64,000 nucleotides of DNA from an uncultured Gemmatimonadales bacterium. GTDB taxonomy: Bacteria; Gemmatimonadota; Gemmatimonadetes; Gemmatimonadales; GWC2-71-9. The DNA lies in NCBI GenBank assembly GCA_963730185.1, contig CAVSQW010000008.1, forward strand, positions 480,001 to 544,000. Reading direction: 5' to 3'. Below the pieces are notes generated by a model. The model had not been told where the DNA came from and made no database searches. It saw only the letters and a program-made list of their open reading frames with translations. Numbering within the stretch: position 1 is the first letter of the stretch; each line of letters begins with the position of its first letter. The position numbers and the translations under genes were made by a program. This document shows, in pieces, positions 58,501 through 64,000 of the stretch.

Positions 58501-59055
58501 GGCCGTCTCTTCCAGCCGCCGCTCGGTGCTGTGCTTCCGGTCGCGGTAGAGGCCAATGCCCGCCGCCTCCTCGAACAGCGACCGGCGCTCGTCGGCCCGG
58601 TCCGAGAGGAGGAGGTCGATCATCTTCGATTCCATTACCACGCCGGCGTCGCTGCCGAGGCCGGTGCCGCGGAGCAGGTCGTTGACGTCGCGGAGACGAA
58701 CCGGGCTCTTGTTGATGAAGTATTCGCTCTGGCCGGAGCGTGACAGCCGGCGGGTGATGACGACTTCGCGGTACGCGATCGGGAGGTCGCCGTCGGAGTT
58801 GTCGAGGTGGAGCGAGACTTCGGTGACGTTCACCGGCCGGCGATTGATCGAGCCCTGAAAGATGACGTCTTCCATCTTGCCGCCCCGGAGGAGGCGGGCC
58901 GACTGCTCGCCGAGGACCCAGCGAACGGCGTCGGACACGTTTGACTTGCCGCAGCCGTTGGGGCCGACAATGGCGGTGACCCCGTGCTCGAACCCGAGAT
59001 GGACGGTATCAGCGAAGGACTTGAAGCCGGAGAGCTCCAGCTTGAGTAGCCTCAT
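55558..59055 (-). CDS. smc: Chromosome segregation protein SMC
   Basis: GFKSFAD, GPNGCGKSN, FEEAAGI, coiled coils, hinge, LLSSGE, PFCLLDEVDAPLD, QFIVITH. Confidence 0.97.
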   Translation of the reverse strand: MRLLKLELSGFKSFADTVHLGFEHGVTAIVGPNGCGKSNVSDAVRWVLGEQSARLLRGGKMEDVIFQGSINRRPVNVTEVSLHLDNSDGDLPIAYREVVITRRLSRSGQSEYFINKSPVRLRDVNDLLRGTGLGSDAGVVMESKMIDLLLSDRADERRSLFEEAAGIGLYRDRKHSTERRLEETATDLQRLEDLISEVQSQIRSLARQKGKAERHAKLGDEKFSVQLTLAERVLSELTEKVSGMKARHDELRQTLPELRQQLNEANGRHEQCVRDRNRAEEHRTIVARELSTVQLALGKLDADLAVATERLAHATARRRRDEEERQQVELRTSQAVDEREAAQAERGEAEAEHARIQAQLRERAEAEDAVRQRLQTHREEVRRLEEAVQAEVQKLRGLEGERSALEGELASLREALAQQQTHCAAVERDHADAEARGQHLEQEAQQRAHDTLVATAASDRARHLVGETREREAAERDERRLAEEALAQLTARQHALAELERDRVGLAPAAQALLAARERFGGAVLGPLSDFISTSREDAELAERLLGEWMHAILVRDWATVDAVHTWYEDAQPGALVLLPVDPGPTETSIGGPHPLANRLAADGPAQAWIDALLRGFEVVHPSGRVLKRPSGAVLMTGAASPSGPIRRRADLAALADDIASQETTLASAVERLTATRERLTEAERVATEAGGVVEQARERERQATAARDDAHRLLVNLTRERGEAQGQVGRLTERLARAEQRLSETGATAREAELARLRTDEQLNAARSTLTTLEGEQESARETRVHWQVQEAHVAARLRATNDRLERASQTITLAEQAAQSLRDEIALLDQERTSLETQHGEWTEQRKERVATLTELEAQNAGAEGALTAATAGLEESEHRLAAFRQTLDELTEESHHLEVELTEAAGVRRSVVERVETEWRAPFDELMAKVQLLDLDRETLENELARIVTTLESIGPVNPLAMEEHAEETKRLEFLTTQRDDLVAARQSLLQAIREIDGTARSLFLETFTAVQANFQRVFHTLFGGGECDIRLANPDEPLDSEIEIHAAPRGKKTQRIHLLSSGERTLVAVSLLFSIYLTKPSPFCLLDEVDAPLDDSNVGRFTNLLREFKTSTQFIVITHNPRTMQAADAVYGVTMQEPGVSTIVGVRLHQPEGGDDRERAA

Positions 59056-59145
59056 GCGGTATCCCCGAGGGAGAACGGTAGGGGCGGCGGGAGCCGCCGT
59101 CGGTGCCAAAGATAGGCGGCCCGGGGCCGCTTTTGCACCGGGCCT

Positions 59146-60606
59146 TCAGGGGCGTTTCGGCGGGTTCGTCAGGATGAAATAGGGCCGTCCGAGCTTCCGT
59201 CCCACCTCTTCGGCTTCGGCCCGGGTGGCATAGGGGCCGACCACGACGCGATAGCCGTCGTCGACGGTCGTGGGCTCCAGCACCCTGGCCGGATAACCGG
59301 CCCCGCTCAGCTGCTTGGCGAACTCCCGGGACCAGGCCGGGTTCTGGGAGCTGCTCACCTGGAGGTAGAGCTGATCGACGGCGGCGGGCGACGAGGTGGT
59401 GTCCGGCGCCAGGGCGCTGTCCTGGGCCACCAGCACGGACTCGGCGGCGAGGGCGGCGATCCGGGCCCGGTCGCGGGGCAGCCAGGCCGAGACCAGCCAG
59501 AGGTCGTCGGCGCCGCCCGAAATCCGGCCGGTCTCGGGGATCTTCGGCTGGCTCAGGTCGGAGGCCACCAGGTCGCCGTCCACCCGGGCGAGGAGGGTCG
59601 CGGCGCCGGCCACGGTGGGCAGGTCGTCGGCCCAGCCCGTCTCGACCGAGGCCGTGACCCGGTCGGTGGCGAGGTCGAGCACCCAGGCGGAGTCGCCGCC
59701 GGCCGAGCGGGCCACCATCCAGCGTCCCGAGGCGTCGGTACGAATGGCCGTCGGGAGCCCGGGCAGGGTGATCTCGCCGACCGGCTCCCGACCGAAGCGA
59801 TCGATCACCACGATCCGGCCGTCGCCGCGGGCGACGTAGAGCTGATGGCCGGACGGGCTGAAGGCGACGTGCTTGGCCTCGCCGCCCACGTCGATGGTGA
59901 ACTTGTTCCAGGGATCCTCGGTCTGATAGAGCACGACCGAATGGCCCGTCGGAATGGCCACCAGATCGCCCCAGTAGGTGGAGACTGGCTCGCCGTCCGC
60001 GACCGGCTCGCTGTGGAGCTCGCGCTCGGCGCTCAGCACCAAGAGTCGGGGGGGCTTGGTGTCGGTCACCAGAATCAGGCGGTCGCCCAGGGTGCCGAAG
60101 CGGAAGCGGAGCTTGGCCGGGATCGAGTCGCGGTAGATGGTCGGGGTGCCCACATCATAGCGGGTCACCTGCCGATTCTTGTCGAACGCGTAGACCGCCC
60201 CGTCGGGAACGAAGATGCCGGCGAGAAGGGCCTTGGCCTGCTGGCGGACGCCCCGGGCCTCGAGGTCGATCGCCACGAGGTTGCCCTTGGTGTCGATCGC
60301 GTAGAGGAGCCGGGCGTCGAGGTTGACCCCAAGCAGCTCCTTGATCGCCGGCACCGGATCGCGGCTGGTCCAGATCGGTTGTCCCAGGCTGTCGGCCCGA
60401 TAGGCCTCGACGATCCCGCCTTGGCGGGGCACCCTGAGCAGCGTCCCCTGGCCGCCCACGGCCGGCAGGTCGGGCGGGACGACGGGCGGGTTGCCGCCGC
60501 ACCCGGCGAACGCCAGGAGGCCCGCGACGAGGAGCCACCCCCTCGTCGCGGGCCTCCCGCCTCGGTCGGCGATGGTCAGAACGTCGGGCCGAGACTCAGC
60601 GTCCAC
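59146..60606 (-). CDS. Lipoprotein with beta-propeller-like region and C-terminal SPOR domain
   Basis: LLAFAGC lipobox; VAFSPSG.QLYVA repeats; YLQVSS...GYRVVVGPYATRAEAE. Start codon uncertain. Confidence 0.8.
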   Translation of the reverse strand: MDAESRPDVLTIADRGGRPATRGWLLVAGLLAFAGCGGNPPVVPPDLPAVGGQGTLLRVPRQGGIVEAYRADSLGQPIWTSRDPVPAIKELLGVNLDARLLYAIDTKGNLVAIDLEARGVRQQAKALLAGIFVPDGAVYAFDKNRQVTRYDVGTPTIYRDSIPAKLRFRFGTLGDRLILVTDTKPPRLLVLSAERELHSEPVADGEPVSTYWGDLVAIPTGHSVVLYQTEDPWNKFTIDVGGEAKHVAFSPSGHQLYVARGDGRIVVIDRFGREPVGEITLPGLPTAIRTDASGRWMVARSAGGDSAWVLDLATDRVTASVETGWADDLPTVAGAATLLARVDGDLVASDLSQPKIPETGRISGGADDLWLVSAWLPRDRARIAALAAESVLVAQDSALAPDTTSSPAAVDQLYLQVSSSQNPAWSREFAKQLSGAGYPARVLEPTTVDDGYRVVVGPYATRAEAEEVGRKLGRPYFILTNPPKRP

Positions 60607-63600
60607 AGACCTCCCACTCCGGTTCGATGCAAGGGCCGAGCGTAATCCAGTCGCAGAATCACGAAGTTAAGGAGATTGGCCCGGATCGAGAAGCCGACGC
60701 TCTGAAGCGGCGTTCGCACCCCGGTACAGGTCGGAATCACGCTGCCACTGGTCGTGGTGGTGTTGGTGCAGGTGCCGGCCGGGTCGTTCGGACTGTGGGA
60801 GAGCCTGACAGTCTGGCCCCGCTCCCAGAAAACGCCGGCGTCGTAGAAGAACGCTCCCTCGATCGTCGGGAACCCGTAGGGGATGAAGCCCAGCGCGGAC
60901 GAGAGCAGGGGGAACCGAAGCTCCGCGTTGAACACCGCGGCCCGGGTGCCGATCAGCTGGTCGAAGCTGCCGCACCCGGTGATCGAGTTGGGGTCGATCT
61001 GGGTCAGGCATTCGTTCCGCTGGAACGAGCCGGCGGTGTAGCCGCGGATCAGCTCGGTGCTGCCGCCGAAGAACCGGAACTGGTACTCGTCGCGCCCGAT
61101 CCGGCCGAAGAAGAGCTCGCGGGTGGCCAGGGTGAACGGGCCGATGATCCGGTCGTAGCGCCGGTTGTCGGCCGTGAGCGACGTGAACTTCCACCCGGTG
61201 CCGATGAAGTCGAAGTTCTGCGACACCTCGAAACGGGCCCTCCGGCCGATGAACGGCCCGGTGTAGCCGTAGAGCGAGTTGTCGTAGACGTACGCGATCG
61301 ACGGCGCGACGTAGGAGACGCTGGCCAGGCCCTGGGTATCGAGATACGGGTTCCGGGTCGGCACCCCGGTCGCCCGGTCGAAGGGCTCCTGGATCTCGAG
61401 CCGGTCGTCCTGCACGTTGGCGATCTGGAGCCCGGTCTCGACCCGGGAGAAGCGGCTGAAGGGATAGTAGCCCTGGGCCTGGGCGCTTCGGAACACGAGC
61501 CGCCGGATGCTGGTGGTGAGGGTGGCCTCGCTCGCGGTCGGCGTCTGGTCCTGAATGAACTGCCCCTCGTAGAAGAAGTAGGGCTGCTGCTGGAGGCCGA
61601 CGGCCCAGTTGAACCGCCGGGTCAGGTTGACGTACTGCGCCAGGAGCTGCGTCTCCGCCAGGCGCCCGTTGAGCGAGGCGCCGAAGATCAGCTGCTTGTT
61701 GGACAGCATGTCGCCCAGCACCAGGGTCGCCGAGCCGGTGACGCCGCGGCCGAAGTTGTCGCGGGTATACCCGATCGTCGGGCGGGACACGTACTCCGGC
61801 TCGAACCGGGCCTTGTACGGCCGGTACACGAAGTCGGTCGTGTCCGGCGGCACGATGGTCACCGAGTCCAGCAGCTTGGCGATGGTGATCGGGGCGGCGG
61901 CCGCCTGGACCGAGTCGGGGAGCGCCGGGAGCGAATCGGACCGCCGGAACCCCTCGGGCGTCCGGTAAATCGAGGCCGACGCCAGGACCGTTTCGTTCTT
62001 GGGCTCGTTGGCGGTGCTGTCTTCCTTGGCCGTCGCGGCCGGAGCGACCGGCTGGGTCTGGACCAGCACCTCGGGCCGGACCGCGCCCGGCCGCCACGGG
62101 GCCGCCTTCCGGGAGCGGGGGCTGTCCAGGGTGTAGACGTCGTACTTGCCCTGCTCGAAGTACTGGAAGGCCAGCCGGTCGGCGTGGTGCGCCCACGAGA
62201 GCACCGGCGAGAGCGGGGTGATGCCCTGGACGCCGGTGTAGAAGTCGGTGATCTGGTACACCTGCCGGTCGCCCATGTCGAACAGGAAGATGTTCGCCAC
62301 GTTGTCGCGATCCGAGACGAAGGCGATGGTCCGGCCGTCGGGCGACCACTGCGGGCTCGAGTTCCGGCCGTAGTCCATGCCCGGCAGCACCTCGATCCGT
62401 CCATCGTCGAGGTGGTAGAGTGCGATCCGGAGCTTGCCCCAGACCAGCTTCTCGAAGTCGGTGTCGGGTCCGCGATCGGTCGCGAACGCGATCGTCTTGC
62501 CGTCCGGCGACCAGACCGGGTGCAGGTCGGCGTACTTGTCGTTGGTCAGCCGCCGGAGGTCGGTGCCGTCGATGTTGATCGTGAAGAGGTCGGAGATCCC
62601 GCCGTCGAGCCCGGTGAAGACCAGCCGTTTGCCGTCGGGGCTGAAGGACGGGTTGGTGACGCCCGATAACGGCACCGCGATGTGGTGCAGGGTGTGGTTG
62701 TTCCGGGGGTCGACGATCAGGACGTCATCCTTGCCCGACTTCTTGGCCGCGAACACCAGCATCTTCCCGTCGAACGAGAACGCGGCCGAGGACGAGATGT
62801 ACCGGAAGCTCTCGTAGTTGCTGCTCCAGCTGGGCTTGAAGAGCCGGCGGACCACCTTGCCGGTGCTGTCGGCCAGCCACATGTCGATGAAGTAGAAGTT
62901 CCGCTCGCTGAAGTAGGCCACCTGCGAGCCGTCGGGCGCCAGCGCCGGGGCCAGATGCCAGGTGCCTTCCGACAGCTTCTCGGTCAGGAGCGGCTTGGCA
63001 ATCTGCCGAGCCTTGACCCGCTCCCCGATCTCGGGCAGGTACTGCTTCTGGACCGCGTCCTGCCACTGGGCCACGAGCTGCTCGAAGGTGAGGCCGAGCA
63101 CCCGCCGGAGCGCCATCTCGACCCCTCCGCCGACGGCGTTCTTGGTGATCGCCCCGATCGCCTCGTCGCCCCAACGGGCCCCGATGTACGCCAGGAGCGC
63201 ATGGCCGAACTGGTAGGGGAACACCCGGGTGAAGTCCTGGGCGGTCGGGAGCTTGCCCTCCAGCGCGGCGTCGCGGAGCCACATCGCGGTCTTGGAGTCG
63301 ACCGGGCCGAGGGAGAAGTACTCCGCCATGCCTTCGCCGAACCAGAGCGGGGCGTTGGCGCTGATGATGCCCTGGAGTCCCGCCCCGCCTCGGCCCCGCG
63401 ACCAGATGTCGAACTGGAACTGGTGCACCATCTCGTGGGTCAGCACGTGCTCGTTTTCGGCGTACGAGCCCGTGAGCGGGAAGGTGTTCCGGTGCCGGAG
63501 GTAGTCGGTGAACCCGCCGGTCCCCTCGTCGACGCCTCCCAGGTTCGTCTGCACGAAGTCCGAGTGCGACGCATAGAGGATGATCGGCTTCCGCTCCTCG

Positions 63601-63830
63601 AACTCGTGGTTCAGCACCCGCGAGAGCCGGACGTAGGACCGCTCCGCCATCCGAGCGATGTCCAGCGCCGCCTTGCGCTCCTCGGGGTAGTAGTAAACGT
63701 CGAAGTGCTCCGTCTGGATGATCTTGAAATCGAAGCTGCCGTACTGCACCCGATTGCGGCCGAAATACTGGGCGGCCAGCGAGGCCGGGGCCAGGGCCAG
63801 GAACAGCAGGACTACGCCGAGACGACGCAT
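60576..63830 (-). CDS. Omp85 (BamA/TamA-like) barrel fused to an N-terminal gluzincin-like peptidase domain and PD40/TolB-like propeller
   Basis: AQYFGRNRVQY, HEMVH...EGMAEY, repeated P.(F/W)SPDG, IRGY, NAELRFP, FYDAG, LRLDYA, C-terminal F. Confidence 0.88.
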   Translation of the reverse strand: MRRLGVVLLFLALAPASLAAQYFGRNRVQYGSFDFKIIQTEHFDVYYYPEERKAALDIARMAERSYVRLSRVLNHEFEERKPIILYASHSDFVQTNLGGVDEGTGGFTDYLRHRNTFPLTGSYAENEHVLTHEMVHQFQFDIWSRGRGGAGLQGIISANAPLWFGEGMAEYFSLGPVDSKTAMWLRDAALEGKLPTAQDFTRVFPYQFGHALLAYIGARWGDEAIGAITKNAVGGGVEMALRRVLGLTFEQLVAQWQDAVQKQYLPEIGERVKARQIAKPLLTEKLSEGTWHLAPALAPDGSQVAYFSERNFYFIDMWLADSTGKVVRRLFKPSWSSNYESFRYISSSAAFSFDGKMLVFAAKKSGKDDVLIVDPRNNHTLHHIAVPLSGVTNPSFSPDGKRLVFTGLDGGISDLFTINIDGTDLRRLTNDKYADLHPVWSPDGKTIAFATDRGPDTDFEKLVWGKLRIALYHLDDGRIEVLPGMDYGRNSSPQWSPDGRTIAFVSDRDNVANIFLFDMGDRQVYQITDFYTGVQGITPLSPVLSWAHHADRLAFQYFEQGKYDVYTLDSPRSRKAAPWRPGAVRPEVLVQTQPVAPAATAKEDSTANEPKNETVLASASIYRTPEGFRRSDSLPALPDSVQAAAAPITIAKLLDSVTIVPPDTTDFVYRPYKARFEPEYVSRPTIGYTRDNFGRGVTGSATLVLGDMLSNKQLIFGASLNGRLAETQLLAQYVNLTRRFNWAVGLQQQPYFFYEGQFIQDQTPTASEATLTTSIRRLVFRSAQAQGYYPFSRFSRVETGLQIANVQDDRLEIQEPFDRATGVPTRNPYLDTQGLASVSYVAPSIAYVYDNSLYGYTGPFIGRRARFEVSQNFDFIGTGWKFTSLTADNRRYDRIIGPFTLATRELFFGRIGRDEYQFRFFGGSTELIRGYTAGSFQRNECLTQIDPNSITGCGSFDQLIGTRAAVFNAELRFPLLSSALGFIPYGFPTIEGAFFYDAGVFWERGQTVRLSHSPNDPAGTCTNTTTTSGSVIPTCTGVRTPLQSVGFSIRANLLNFVILRLDYARPLHRTGVGGLWTLSLGPTF

Positions 63831-63834
63831 GGAC

Positions 63835-64000
63835 TCACGCCTTCCTTTCGGGCGAGCTCGGAAACGGGAACCGGGGAGCGTCGTTCCACAGTCGTTCGAG
63901 CTGGTAGAACGCCCGAGTCTCAGGATGAAACACGTGGACCACGAAGTCCACGAAATCCAGGAGCACCCACCGGCCGGTCGGTAGCCCCTCTACATGATGG
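63835..64000 (-). CDS. rsfS: Ribosome silencing factor RsfS, C-terminal part
   Basis: Not in the ORF track. Minus strand reads HHVEG...[32 protein letters not shown]. Confidence 0.93.
   Translation of the reverse strand, partial: HHVEGLPTGRWVLLDFVDFVVHVFHPETRAFYQLERLWNDAPRFPFPSSPERKA

Noticed and set aside
55873..58743. Very long antisense or alternate-frame ORFs (e.g. 55873..58743 +, 21883..24504 -, 11639..13870 -, 60627..62669 +, 29135..30967 +)
   Set aside because: They are shadow ORFs expected at high GC with strong codon bias; they overlap well-supported genes and contain no recognisable motifs.

Overview
High-GC (roughly 70% by eye) bacterial chromosome segment. It is most consistent with Gemmatimonadota, inferred from PadR/ADOP orphan permeases, DUF4097 repeats, a stand-alone TonB plug, an FCB-type short sigma70 and an Omp85-PD40 fusion. 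I call about 60 coding regions and can support no rRNA, tRNA, CRISPR array or mobile element. The left half is accessory and envelope-related: a GntR / D-aminoacylase / amino-acid permease operon; a penicillin-acylase-like Ntn hydrolase; an SPFH + ribbon-helix-helix pair with a triple GATATC operator; a divergent ECF sigma / anti-sigma / 2x DUF4097 / ADOP operon; a six-gene GT2 / methyltransferase / 2x GT-C / methyltransferase / desaturase cluster; PadR-ADOP; TonB-pxpABC; and MarR-SRPBCC-DUF2911. The right half is mostly core: arfB, larE, thpR, a sigma54 response regulator, ALDH, sigma70, yajQ, SpoIID, Crp, rpmE-prfA-prmC-ylbF-tmk, an S41 homologue, lolA, aroF, smc, a SPOR lipoprotein, an Omp85 fusion and rsfS. 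Many 1-nt indels cluster at about 3.5-5 kb, 39.7-43.5 kb and 49.8-50.7 kb and break even prfA, so they are most likely sequencing or assembly errors. The best candidates for undescribed biology are the glyco-lipid modification cluster, the SPFH-RHH/ECF envelope-stress divergon, a catalytically dead CtpA homologue and the leaderless arfB-DUF4031 / larE-thpR divergon. All family assignments come from motif recognition by eye; no searches were run.
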